This document shows, piece by piece, positions 7,431-18,383 of a DNA stretch of 32,000 bases. The position numbers were made by a program, and so were the translations under genes. Origin of the DNA: Synechococcus sp. A15-28 (GTDB lineage: Bacteria; Cyanobacteriota; Cyanobacteriia; PCC-6307; Cyanobiaceae). The notes below the pieces were generated by a model, which saw nothing but the letters and a program-made list of their open reading frames with translations, ran no database searches and was not told where the DNA came from. The stretch spans positions 420,001 to 452,000 of the forward strand of contig NZ_CP047931.1 of the NCBI RefSeq assembly GCF_014280175.1. Reading direction: 5' to 3'. The number at the start of each line of letters is the position of its first letter. Position 1 is the first letter of the stretch.

Positions 7431-8519
7431 ATGCCTTTCCCTTCACGCCCTGCTGCTCTGGTCTGCACCCGGCTGATCGCGGGTCTGGCTGCCGCAGCAA
7501 CCCTGGCGGTTGTCCCGATCGCGGCATCGGCGGACTTACTGACTCGGGCCAGCGGGACCTCCAGCCTGAATCGGGAGGCCTTTCGCTATCGACTGGGTCC
7601 CGGGGACAGCCTGGCGATGTCGGTGTTCAAGATGGATGGCTACGAGGCCAAGGTGGAGGTGCTCAGTGACGGCACCATCAACCTGCCTCGCATCGGCACG
7701 ATCGAGGTTTGGGGGCTCACGCTCGAGGAGGCACGCCAGCGCATTACCGCGGCCTATGAGGTGTTCCTACGCCGGCCGATTGTTTATCTCGACTTGGTTA
7801 GTTCACGGCCGGTGAAGGTGACGGTCACCGGAGAGGTGGAGCGCCCCGGCGTGTTCAGCCTGCCGACCCAGGCAGAGGGGGGCTGGCCGACGCTGGTGGA
7901 TGTGGTGCAGAAGGCCGGCGGCGTCAGCGCCAGCGGTGATCTCTCCAGAATTGAGGTCTTGCGTCCCTCGGCCCGCCCCGAAGGCTCGATGCGTCGCTAT
8001 CAGTTTGATTACCTCACCGTGTTGCGTGAGGGGGGGCATGCCCCCAATCCGCTGATCTACGACGGCGACAGCATTCGCTTGTACCAGAGCGAAAGCGCTG
8101 ACAATGCTGATCTGATCACCACAGCGGCCTCCAACTTCGCCCCCGACACGATTCGTGTGAATGTGATCGGTGAGGTGGCCAAACCGGGCATTCAGCAGGT
8201 GCCCTCCAATGCCCCGCTGTCCCAGGCGATCTTTGCGTCGGGTGGAATCACCCGCCGCGGCAGCATCAGCACCGTGGAACTCGTCCGGGTGGATGGCGAC
8301 GGGGAACCGACGGTGAGGGTGATGAGCTTTGACCCCAGCGCTGTGTTGAGCAGCTCCACCAATCCCCCATTACGTCAGAACGATGTGATTGTTGTGAACC
8401 GCTCCGCTCTGGCCAAGGTGACCGATGGGTTGACCGACGCCTTCTCACCGTTGACGCCGATTGTGAACGCCGCCTCGATCTTCCGGATCCTCGGTTTGCC
8501 CACGGGATTGGGCAACTGA
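7431..8519 (+). CDS. Outer-membrane polysaccharide export protein (Wza/KpsD, OPX family)
   Basis: It has an N-terminal signal-like segment (AALVCTRLIAGLAAAATLAVVPIAASA). The Poly_export signature 'YRLGPGDSLAMSVF...VLSDGTINLPRIGTIEVWGLTLEEARQRI' is present, with SLBB-like repeats ('VKVTVTGEVERPGVF', 'IRVNVIGEVAKPGIQ'). ATG 7431 is preferred over TTG 7428. Confidence 0.8.
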   Translation: MPFPSRPAALVCTRLIAGLAAAATLAVVPIAASADLLTRASGTSSLNREAFRYRLGPGDSLAMSVFKMDGYEAKVEVLSDGTINLPRIGTIEVWGLTLEEARQRITAAYEVFLRRPIVYLDLVSSRPVKVTVTGEVERPGVFSLPTQAEGGWPTLVDVVQKAGGVSASGDLSRIEVLRPSARPEGSMRRYQFDYLTVLREGGHAPNPLIYDGDSIRLYQSESADNADLITTAASNFAPDTIRVNVIGEVAKPGIQQVPSNAPLSQAIFASGGITRRGSISTVELVRVDGDGEPTVRVMSFDPSAVLSSSTNPPLRQNDVIVVNRSALAKVTDGLTDAFSPLTPIVNAASIFRILGLPTGLGN

Positions 8520-8543
8520 GGATCGAAAGGTGCTGGTCGGGTG

Positions 8544-9839
8544 TTAAATCCCCAGACGCTCCCAGATCACTCCGAGGTTGGCCTGGTGCAGTTCGGTGCT
8601 GAAGCACTCTGCCAACTGCTCAGCTGAAAGCTTGCTGGTGACGTCCGCATCAGCCTCAAGATTGGCGCGGAAGTTGCCGCCGTCAGTGTTCCAGGCAGTG
8701 TGAGCTTTGCGCTGCACGATCCGGTAGGCCTCCTCTCGGCTCATGCCAGTGTCCACTAGCGCCAGCAGCACCCGCTGGCTGAACACCACGCCGCCATACA
8801 CGTTCATGTTGCGGCGCATGTTGTCGGGGTAAACCCCCAGACCCTTCACCACGCTTGTCATCTCCCGCAGCATGAAGTGAAGGGCCACTGAGCAATCGGG
8901 CAGCATCATCCGTTCGGTGGAACTGTGGCTGATGTCGCGCTCATGCCAGAGGGCAACGTTTTCCAGTGCTGCCACCACGTAGCTGCGCAGCACCCGGGCC
9001 AGGCCGCTGATCCGTTCGCTGCGAATCGGGTTGCGCTTGTGGGGCATGGCCGAGCTGCCCTTCTGGCCCTTGGCGAAGTTCTCTTCCACCTCGAGCACAT
9101 CGGTGCGCTGCAGGTTGCGGATCTCCGTGGCGAATCGGTCGAGGGAGGCGCCCACCAGGGCCAGGGTCTGCACGTAATCGGCGTGGCGATCGCGGGAGAT
9201 CACCTGGGTGCTGGCGGTGTCAGGCGTGAGGCCAAGGATTTCGCAGGTGATGGTTTCCACCTGGGGGTCGGTGTTGGCGTAGGTGCCCATGGCCCCACTG
9301 ATCTGACCGACGGCCACGTCCTGCTCCAGTCGCGCCAGGCGGCTGCGGTTGCGTTCGGTTTCCGCCAGCCAGCCGGCGATCTTGAAGCCGAAGGTGATCG
9401 GCTCGCCATGGATGGCATGGGAGCGGCCGATCATTTCCGTGCTCTTGTGCTCACGGGCGAGGCTGCGCAGGGCATCGGCCAGGGCATCCAGCTCTTGGCG
9501 CAGCAGGACCACGGAGCGCTTCAGTTGCAACGCCAGGCCGGTATCCAGCACATCGCTGCTGGTCATGCCCACATGGATGTGACGGCCGGCATCGCCAACG
9601 TGTTCGTTGACGTTGGTTAGAAAGGCGATCACGTCGTGACGCACCTCGGCTTCGATTTCGAGGATGCGTTCCACCTCGAAGCTGGCTTTGGCCTTGATCG
9701 TGTCCAGGCTCTCCTGGGGCACGCGGCCGAGGCGGCAGTTGGCTTCTGTGGCGGCGATTTCCACATCCAGCCAACTCTGAAACTTCGCCTGCTCACTCCA
9801 GACGGCACCCATTACGGGCAGGGTGTAACGCTCGATCAC
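8544..9839 (-). CDS. purB: Adenylosuccinate lyase
   Basis: '(V/M)IERYTLPVMGAVWSEQAKF', 'GMTSSDVLDT' and 'GSSAMPHKRNP' are classic PurB/fumarate-lyase signatures. GTG 9839 gives the canonical MIERY N-terminus. The track's TTG at 9860 is probably too long. Confidence 0.95.
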   Translation of the reverse strand: MIERYTLPVMGAVWSEQAKFQSWLDVEIAATEANCRLGRVPQESLDTIKAKASFEVERILEIEAEVRHDVIAFLTNVNEHVGDAGRHIHVGMTSSDVLDTGLALQLKRSVVLLRQELDALADALRSLAREHKSTEMIGRSHAIHGEPITFGFKIAGWLAETERNRSRLARLEQDVAVGQISGAMGTYANTDPQVETITCEILGLTPDTASTQVISRDRHADYVQTLALVGASLDRFATEIRNLQRTDVLEVEENFAKGQKGSSAMPHKRNPIRSERISGLARVLRSYVVAALENVALWHERDISHSSTERMMLPDCSVALHFMLREMTSVVKGLGVYPDNMRRNMNVYGGVVFSQRVLLALVDTGMSREEAYRIVQRKAHTAWNTDGGNFRANLEADADVTSKLSAEQLAECFSTELHQANLGVIWERLGI

Positions 9840-9861
9840 CGGCGCGCTCGGTTGGAACAAC

Positions 9862-10709
9862 CGCTCAACTCTATGAATCCGTTGGTCCCTATAAGCACCT
9901 CTGGGGCGGGTGACTAAGGAGTATCAGTGAAGCTGTCGGACAGAAGGCTAAGAATCTGTTGTTTGACGAAGCAAAGCGCTTAGCACCAATGAGTAGTGTC
10001 ATCAATAATGTTGTCAAAGGCAAGCTTTTCGACTTTGTTGAATGGCACATATCTAGTTCAGAGGCATTCATTAGCGGTTTGACTTGTCAATCTTGAATGA
10101 GTTGGCATTGATTTGTTTTCGAGTGTGGATGTAATGGATCATGGTTTCAATTACTGCCGAGACGGTGTGGCTCTTCGTCTTCTTGGTGAATAGTGATTCC
10201 TGTTGATATTCCCTAAGATTTGAGACAGTGTGGGCACACGCTGCAGCTACATTTTGCGAGCCAATTGACGCAAGATGTTGCTTTTTGTATTTGTGCTCAC
10301 GTGAAAATTCTCTGCCCGATGCGAAAGAGCTGTCTTGTTTGTTTGGTGGGGATCGGGCTTCTTCCTGAAATTATTTTGCTGTAGGAGTCAGTTCCAACTT
10401 TTCCGCATATGCAATCCTGCCTCAGAGTGCCAATCTTTTAATAGGAGGGGCGCTTGAGGTGTCTGTAATTAATTTTTGCTCTTAAGCACAGAGTGATTAA
10501 TGTGAAGACAAGGCAATGAAGTGGTTGTCATTGATAGGCAGTATTCAGGCATACTGCTTGATTTTTCAGGTGCTTCTGATGTCGGCAGACATAAATTGCC
10601 TGGGAATCAGATTGGCGATGGACCCTTGGATCGCAAAATATAAATGAGATTGTCGACGGACTTTGTTCAACGGGCCCATCCAAGATTTGAAGGTCTGCTG
10701 CTGAGCAAA
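9862..10709. other. AT-rich, ORF-poor islet between purB and glnB
   Basis: About 0.85 kb of visibly low-GC sequence in a high-GC genome. The track lists only one 60-aa ORF here (9889..10071, -). Confidence 0.7.
10074..10370 (-). pseudogene. Possible gene remnant: a 99-codon open frame with no usable start codon, continuing in other frames downstream
   Basis: My hand translation of the minus strand gives 'FQEEARSPPNKQDSSFASGREFSREHKYKKQHLASIGSQNVAAACAHTVSNLREYQQESLFTKKTKSHTVSAVIETMIHYIHTRKQINANSFKIDKSNR*'. There is no ATG/GTG/TTG before the late Met. Protein-like stretches continue in a different frame ('YVPFNKVEKLAFDNIIDDTTHWC*ALCFVKQQILSLLSDSFTDTP*'). No family was recognised. Confidence 0.2.
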
Positions 10710-11135
<426 letters not shown>

Positions 11136-11170
11136 TTAAGGTCTGTCTTGAGCGAGGACCTGTTCAACCT

Positions 11171-11560
11171 TTGACCCAGACGCCACAGTACGGCGAACGT
11201 GCGATCGCCGAAGCCGAGCTGATCTGCTTCGATAATCCCAGGCCTGGCCGGCCCTACGAGGTGTCGATCGAGCTGCCGGAGTTCACCTGCAAGTGCCCCT
11301 TCTCGGGCTACCCCGATTTCGCGGTGCTGCGCTTGATCTATCAGCCTGGTCCCCGGGTGGTGGAGCTCAAGGCCATCAAGCTCTACATCAACAGCTTCCG
11401 CGATCAGTCGATCTCCCATGAGGAGGTGACCAACCGGATCCTGGATGACCTGGTGGCGGCCACCGATCCGGTGTGGATGCAGCTGGAGGCTGATTTCAAC
11501 CCCCGCGGCAATGTCCACACGGTGGTGCGGGTCAGTCATGGGGCGCGTCAGGCCTGTTGA
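11171..11560 (+). CDS. queF: NADPH-dependent 7-cyano-7-deazaguanine (preQ0) reductase
   Basis: '[26 protein letters not shown]' and 'SHEEVTNRI' are QueF type-I signatures. The start is TTG as given by the track, and is uncertain. Confidence 0.9.
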   Translation: MTQTPQYGERAIAEAELICFDNPRPGRPYEVSIELPEFTCKCPFSGYPDFAVLRLIYQPGPRVVELKAIKLYINSFRDQSISHEEVTNRILDDLVAATDPVWMQLEADFNPRGNVHTVVRVSHGARQAC

Positions 11561-11615
11561 GGGCCAGGGCTCTGTCAACCTCGATGTCCTCTCCCGATTG
11601 AAAAAATCAAGTTCT

Positions 11616-13563
<1,948 letters not shown>

Positions 13564-13653
13564 CGCCTGCTCGAGAAGCGCCTCGCTGGATTGGGCCAGA
13601 TCCGACAGCAGCAGCAGGGGGTCCAGTGGTGGCCATGTGTGAGTTGGAGCAGC

Positions 13654-14886
13654 CTATCGAGACTTCCGCGCCCGCCCGCCGATCAGACCGGTGGATTCCA
13701 GCGAGCAGCGCACCAGCAGCCCCAGGATCACCAGGCTGGACATCAACGAGTTGCCGCCGTAGCTCACCAGCGGCAGCGGCAGGCCAGTGGTGGGCATGGC
13801 GCCGGAGGCGACGGCGATGTTGAGGATCGACTGGCCCACCAGGATCGTGCAGCAGCCGATCGCCACCAGCTTGGTCTGGTTGCAGCGGCAGCGCAGAGCC
13901 ACCCGCAGGCCCACCCAGGCCACCAGCATCAGGAACAGCAGCAGCAGCAGCGAGCCCACAAATCCGAATTCCTCGGCGAACACCGCATAGATGAAGTCCG
14001 TGCTCTGAATCGGCAGGTATTGCAGCTTCTGGGTGGAGAGGCCATAGCCCTGGCCGGTCAGGCCACCGGAGCCGATGGCCAGCAGGCTCTGCACCAGCTG
14101 GTAGCCGTCTCCCATCGGATCAGCCCAGGGGTCGAGGAAGGACACCACCCGCAGCCGCTGGTACTCGTTGATCAGGATGCTGGCGGTGCCCAGGGCTCCA
14201 CCGGCGATGGCTGTGCCCAGCAGGCTGCGCCAGCGGATCCCTGAAGCAAGTGCCACCATCCACAAGGTCAGGCCGATCAGGGCGGCGGTGGAGAGGTTGG
14301 GCTGTTTGAGGATCAGCAGCAGCAACCCGCCGAAGCTGCCCAGCCACAGCAGCTTCTGATCCAGTCGCATGCGGCACCAGGGGGCGAACAGGTTGGCGGC
14401 CTGCAGCACTACAAACGGTTTCACCAGCTCGGACGGCTGGATCTGCAGCGGCCCCAGCACCAGCCAGCGACTGGCCCCGTTCACCGTGGTGCCCATCACC
14501 AGGGTGGCGGCAATCAGCAGGCAGCCCCCCCACAGGGCCGGGCCCGCCCAGCGCAGGCAGCGCCTGAGGTTGGCCGTCACCGCCAAGCTGAACAGGCTCC
14601 AGCTCGCGATCATCCACACCGCCTGACGCTTCACATAAAAGGCCCCATCACCGATCTCGCGGGCGGCCACCCACCAACTGGCCGAAGCCAGCACCAGCAA
14701 TCCCGCCAAGCTCCAGAAGGCAGCCAGGCCCACCAGTAACCGGGCTTCCGCCGGCCAAAGGGGCCAGGGCAGAGGCATCAGCCGCTGCAGCAGCCCGGGC
14801 CGTTGCCGAACCCGTTCACGGGCGGTGCGGCGACGGGGGACAGTGGCGGTGACCAACGAGGGCTGTTGCAACATTCGATGCCCCAT
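13654..14886 (-). CDS. ftsW: SEDS-family peptidoglycan glycosyltransferase FtsW
   Basis: 'RWLVLGPLQIQPSELVKPFVVL', 'DFIYAVFAEEFGFVGS' and 'GLPLPLVSYGGNSL' are FtsW/RodA signatures. Confidence 0.85.
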   Translation of the reverse strand: MGHRMLQQPSLVTATVPRRRTARERVRQRPGLLQRLMPLPWPLWPAEARLLVGLAAFWSLAGLLVLASASWWVAAREIGDGAFYVKRQAVWMIASWSLFSLAVTANLRRCLRWAGPALWGGCLLIAATLVMGTTVNGASRWLVLGPLQIQPSELVKPFVVLQAANLFAPWCRMRLDQKLLWLGSFGGLLLLILKQPNLSTAALIGLTLWMVALASGIRWRSLLGTAIAGGALGTASILINEYQRLRVVSFLDPWADPMGDGYQLVQSLLAIGSGGLTGQGYGLSTQKLQYLPIQSTDFIYAVFAEEFGFVGSLLLLLFLMLVAWVGLRVALRCRCNQTKLVAIGCCTILVGQSILNIAVASGAMPTTGLPLPLVSYGGNSLMSSLVILGLLVRCSLESTGLIGGRARKSR

Positions 14887-14954
14887 TGAGCCGCGTTATT
14901 GACGTTTTGCCAAGCCGTTGGTTGTCAACAAATCAAGCCTTGAAGCCCTTGGCA

Positions 14955-15155
14955 TCAGGCGGCCCGCAGCCGTTCGTGCTCCACTTCCCATTGCACAAAT
15001 TGCCCCCAGGCCTGCTGACGCACCCAGCAGCGACCGCCGCGACATTGAATCAATTGAAATGGCGGCAAGTCGGCGGGTTGGTTGTCCAGGGTCACGAAGG
15101 TTCCCGGCCGCAGCAGCGGCACCACCTTGGCGGGTTTTGGGTGGTGATCAGACAC
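14955..15155 (-). CDS. Small conserved-looking hypothetical protein (66 aa)
   Basis: A GTG-start ORF with genome-typical GC3-rich codon usage that does not overlap other genes. 'CRGGRCWVRQQAWGQFVQWEVEHERL' looks protein-like. No family was recognised. Confidence 0.4.
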   Translation of the reverse strand: MSDHHPKPAKVVPLLRPGTFVTLDNQPADLPPFQLIQCRGGRCWVRQQAWGQFVQWEVEHERLRAA

Positions 15156-15337
15156 GTCCAGGCGGTGGCTTGCAGCGATCCTCCCGGCGGATCAAGGGGC
15201 ACCGGATGGATCCCCGGTTTTCTTCGGGATCGGGGCGGTTTATGTGACGGAATGGCACAAATGCGCCCCGGCGGTGCGGAGCTGCTGACGTCATCGCGCC
15301 GGGTTTGCACACTTGGTGGCGAGCCAGACCCTCCGTT

Positions 15338-16240
15338 GTGGCGGCCACGATCTATCTGCACTGGACCGCCACTGGCTACGACTGGATCCGCCCCGGTCAC
15401 TACCACCGGATCATCGGCGGCGATGGCCGCGTGCATCGGCTGCATGCCCTCACGGCGGATTTGCTGGCCCACACCTGGCGGCGCAACAGCAACAGCGTTG
15501 CCCTGGCCTGCGCCTGCATGGGCGGTCAGCCCGACCCCTGGACCCAGCCGCCTACAGCGCCTCAGCTCCACAGCCTCTGCCTGGAGGTGGCGGCCATCGC
15601 CCGCAGCTGGGGCTGGAACGCTGATGACATCACGATCCAGTCAGTGATGACCCATGCGGAAGCCGCCTCCAACCGCGACGGCCGCTGGATGCATGACAAC
15701 TACGGACCGGTGATCTGGGGCGGCACCGGCGAGCGCTGGGATCTGCTGCAGCTGGAGCCCCATGGGCCCAGTGATGGCGGTGCGCAGTTGCGGCAACGCA
15801 TTGCAGCCTTGCTGTCTGCAGATGAGCCGGAGTCCTTTAAGAACGATCCGCTGGCCTTCCGTGGCATCACCAGCATCGAAGTCCGCGGTCAGGAGCTATC
15901 GGTGCAGATCGATGCCGATGGCCGCTCCTGGGGGCTGATGGCGGATCTGTTGCAGCGCTACGACCTTTCAGCCCACTGGGATGCCGATCAACGCCGTGTC
16001 TTGATCGCCGCTGCCGATGTGGCCCCCACCTACCGCGACGATGCCGTGCAGGCTGCTGTGGGCTGGCCCTTGGTGGAGATGGCTCTGCAGGGCGGTCAGT
16101 CCCCGGTGATCCTCACCGGCATCCTGCGCCCTTCTCTGGAGGGGGATCGCGCCTGGTGCCGCGTGCTGGAGTTCGCCGAGGAGTTTGGCATCAGCGTCAG
16201 CTTCGATCCGCTGGTCCTGGGGGAACGGCGCGGGGGCTGA
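15338..16240 (+). CDS. N-acetylmuramoyl-L-alanine amidase-like (Amidase_2/PGRP-type) protein with a repeated C-terminal domain
   Basis: 'TIYLHWTATGY' and 'HTWRRNSNSVALACACMGG' resemble the Zn-ligand His and the H..N..s.GI blocks of Amidase_2. The C-terminus has two similar segments ('IEVRGQELSVQIDADGRSWGLMADLLQRYDLSAHWDADQRRVLI' and 'ILTGILRPSLEGDRAWCRVLEFAEEFGISVSFDP'). These are reminiscent of copper-amine-oxidase-N-like stalk domains. The start is uncertain (TTG 15305 or GTG 15338). Confidence 0.5.
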   Translation: MAATIYLHWTATGYDWIRPGHYHRIIGGDGRVHRLHALTADLLAHTWRRNSNSVALACACMGGQPDPWTQPPTAPQLHSLCLEVAAIARSWGWNADDITIQSVMTHAEAASNRDGRWMHDNYGPVIWGGTGERWDLLQLEPHGPSDGGAQLRQRIAALLSADEPESFKNDPLAFRGITSIEVRGQELSVQIDADGRSWGLMADLLQRYDLSAHWDADQRRVLIAAADVAPTYRDDAVQAAVGWPLVEMALQGGQSPVILTGILRPSLEGDRAWCRVLEFAEEFGISVSFDPLVLGERRGG

Positions 16241-16291
16241 GTCCTGGGATTGCCCCGTAGTGTGATGAATCGGGTCGTTGTTCCACACGGG

Positions 16292-17107
16292 ATGGCCGCG
16301 AAACAGCGTCTTGATTTGGAGCTGGTGAGCCGCGGGCTGGTGGCCTCGCGGCAGCAGGCGCAGCAACTGATCCGCGCCGGCAAGGTGCGCGACGGCGCCG
16401 GCACCCTTTTGGACAAGCCCGGCACTGAGGTGGCGGCGGCTCTGGAGTTGCGGGTGGAGCAGCCCCCCCGCTTCGTGTCGCGCGGCGGCGAGAAATTGCT
16501 GGCGGGCCTTCAGGCGTTTCCGATCGCCACTGAGGCACGCGTCTGCCTCGATGGCGGCATCTCCACCGGTGGCTTCACCGATTGCCTGCTCCAGCACGGC
16601 GCCGCCAGGGTCTATGGCGTGGATGTGGGTTACGGCCAGACCGCCTGGAGCCTGCGCACCGACGACCGGGTGGTGCTGCGGGAGCGCACCAACCTGCGCC
16701 ACCTGCAGCCAGAACAGCTCTATGGAACGGGCGATCCCTGGCCCAGCCTGGCGGTGACGGATGTGTCGTTCATCTCGCTGCGGCTAGTGCTGCCGGCGTT
16801 GCGACGCCTGCTGCAGCCTGCGGATGGCTTTTGCCCAGAGGCTCTGGTGTTGGTGAAACCCCAGTTTGAGGTGGGAAAAGACCGTGTCGGCAAGGGGGGT
16901 GTGGTGCGCGATCCGGCGGCCCACCGCGATGCCATTGACACGGTTGTGGCCTCTGCAGCGGAGCTGGGCTGGCACGCCCAGGGGATCGTCGCCTCACCGA
17001 TCACCGGCCCAGCCGGCAACCACGAGTACGTGCTCTGGTTGTCGGAACAGGAGCCGTCTGAACTGCCGGATCTGGATCGATTTGTGGCGACCACCTTGGC
17101 CAGTTGA
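16292..17107 (+). CDS. tlyA: TlyA-family rRNA (cytidine-2'-O)-methyltransferase
   Basis: It has an S4-like N-terminus 'KQRLDLELVSRGLVASRQQAQQLIRAGKV', then 'FVSRGGEKL', the SAM motif 'CLDGGISTGGFTDCLLQHGA' and 'LVKPQFE'. ATG 16292 is preferred over the longer track start. Confidence 0.85.
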   Translation: MAAKQRLDLELVSRGLVASRQQAQQLIRAGKVRDGAGTLLDKPGTEVAAALELRVEQPPRFVSRGGEKLLAGLQAFPIATEARVCLDGGISTGGFTDCLLQHGAARVYGVDVGYGQTAWSLRTDDRVVLRERTNLRHLQPEQLYGTGDPWPSLAVTDVSFISLRLVLPALRRLLQPADGFCPEALVLVKPQFEVGKDRVGKGGVVRDPAAHRDAIDTVVASAAELGWHAQGIVASPITGPAGNHEYVLWLSEQEPSELPDLDRFVATTLAS

Positions 17108-17110
17108 TGG

Positions 17111-17143
17111 ACAACAAAAAAGCCCGGCCGCTGGGACCGAGCT
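17111..17143 (-). terminator. Rho-independent terminator of the apcABC operon
   Basis: The minus strand reads AGCTCGG-TCCCAGCGG-CCGGGCT followed by TTTTTTGTTG. That is a 7-bp stem including one G-U pair, with a 9-nt loop, about 24 nt after the apcC stop. Confidence 0.65.
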
Positions 17144-17166
17144 TCTTCGTTGATCGAGAGAATTGA

Positions 17167-17367
17167 TCAGTTGCCGACGTTGACCTGGCGGCCGCCGGTG
17201 CAGAGTTCCACCTTGATGATGCGGCCCCCTTGCTTCTGAATCCGCTGTTGCTCAGCGAACCAGCTGTCGTAGGGGACCCACTTGGTGAAAAAGGTGTTTT
17301 GCAATTCGCGCTGCGTCCGCACCTTTTCAGGACTGGGGATGCAAGCGGTGACTTTGAACAATCGCAT
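17167..17367 (-). CDS. apcC: Phycobilisome small core linker Lc7.8
   Basis: 'MRLFKVTACIPSPEKVRTQRELQNTFFTKWVPYDSWFAEQQRIQKQGGRI' is a canonical ApcC (CpcD-domain) sequence. Confidence 0.95.
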   Translation of the reverse strand: MRLFKVTACIPSPEKVRTQRELQNTFFTKWVPYDSWFAEQQRIQKQGGRIIKVELCTGGRQVNVGN

Positions 17368-17372
17368 GGGCC

Positions 17373-17861
17373 TCAGTTGCCCAGGCCGGAGCAGATGTAG
17401 TCGAAGTACACGCCCATTTCCTTGCCGGCATCAGGGCCGACCAGACCAGCGGTGACTTCCTTCATGGCCTGGATGGCCTGCACGGTGGCGCCGATGGGCA
17501 CACCCAGGGAGTTGTAGGTCTCCTTGAGGCCGTTGAGGACACGCTCATCGAGGATGGAGGTGTCGCCGGCGAGCATGGCGTAGGTGGAATACCGCAGGTA
17601 GTAGTCCAGGTCGCGAATGCAGGCGGCGTAACGGCGGGTGGTGTACATGTTGCCGCCGGGACGGGTGATGTCCGAGTACAGCAGAGCCTTGGCCACGGCA
17701 TCACGAATGATGGCGGAGGCGTTGGCACTGATGGTGGCGGCGGCGCGCACCCGCAGCTCACCGCTGGCGAAGTACGACTCGAGGTTGCTCATCGAAGCCG
17801 TGTCCAGGTACAGACCCTGAACGTCGGACATGTTGATGACGTTGGTGATGGCGTCTTGCAT
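17373..17861 (-). CDS. apcB: Allophycocyanin beta subunit
   Basis: '[10 protein letters not shown]...[10 protein letters not shown]...[28 protein letters not shown]' is canonical ApcB. Confidence 0.97.
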   Translation of the reverse strand: MQDAITNVINMSDVQGLYLDTASMSNLESYFASGELRVRAAATISANASAIIRDAVAKALLYSDITRPGGNMYTTRRYAACIRDLDYYLRYSTYAMLAGDTSILDERVLNGLKETYNSLGVPIGATVQAIQAMKEVTAGLVGPDAGKEMGVYFDYICSGLGN

Positions 17862-17897
17862 GGATCCTTGGGAAGGCGTGAGGGGATGTCAGCGGGG

Positions 17898-18383
17898 TCA
17901 GGCGAGGGCGCCCACCACGTAGTCGAAGTATGTGCCGGCTTCAGCGGCGTCATCGCCGGTCAGCAGACCCATGGCGACGGTCTTCATCTCACGCACAGCC
18001 TCAGCCATGGCCTCGAGGGGGGTGCCCAGGGAGCGATAGAGCTCCTTGGCGCCGATCACGCCGATCTCTTCGATCGGGGTCACATCACCCGCGACGATGC
18101 CGTAAGTCACGAGGCGCAGGTAGTAATCCATGTCGCGCAGGCAGGTGGCGGTCATCTCTTCGCCGTAGGCGTTGCCGCCGGGAGAGATGACGTCAGGGCG
18201 CTTCTGAAACAGCTGGCCGCCGGCCTGCTTCACAATCCTCTCGCGGCTCTCGCACAGAACCTGGGCCACGCGTAGACGGCGTTGTCCGCCGGTCACGAAG
18301 GCTTTGATCTGGTCGAGTTCGCCAGGGCTGAGATAGCGGGCTTCGGCGTCCGCGTTGATGATCGAGTTGGAGACGATGCTCAT
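17898..18383 (-). CDS. apcA: Allophycocyanin alpha subunit
   Basis: '[30 protein letters not shown]...[24 protein letters not shown]' is canonical ApcA. Confidence 0.97.
   Translation of the reverse strand: MSIVSNSIINADAEARYLSPGELDQIKAFVTGGQRRLRVAQVLCESRERIVKQAGGQLFQKRPDVISPGGNAYGEEMTATCLRDMDYYLRLVTYGIVAGDVTPIEEIGVIGAKELYRSLGTPLEAMAEAVREMKTVAMGLLTGDDAAEAGTYFDYVVGALA

Noticed and set aside
9889-10679. Small ORFs in the AT-rich islet: 9889..10071 (-) of 60 aa, 10566..10679 (-) of 37 aa, 9989..10096 (+) of 35 aa, and 9927..9983 (+) of 18 aa with an AAGGAG box
   Set aside because: They are too short and too numerous to distinguish from chance in AT-rich DNA. They are kept only as context for the islet finding.
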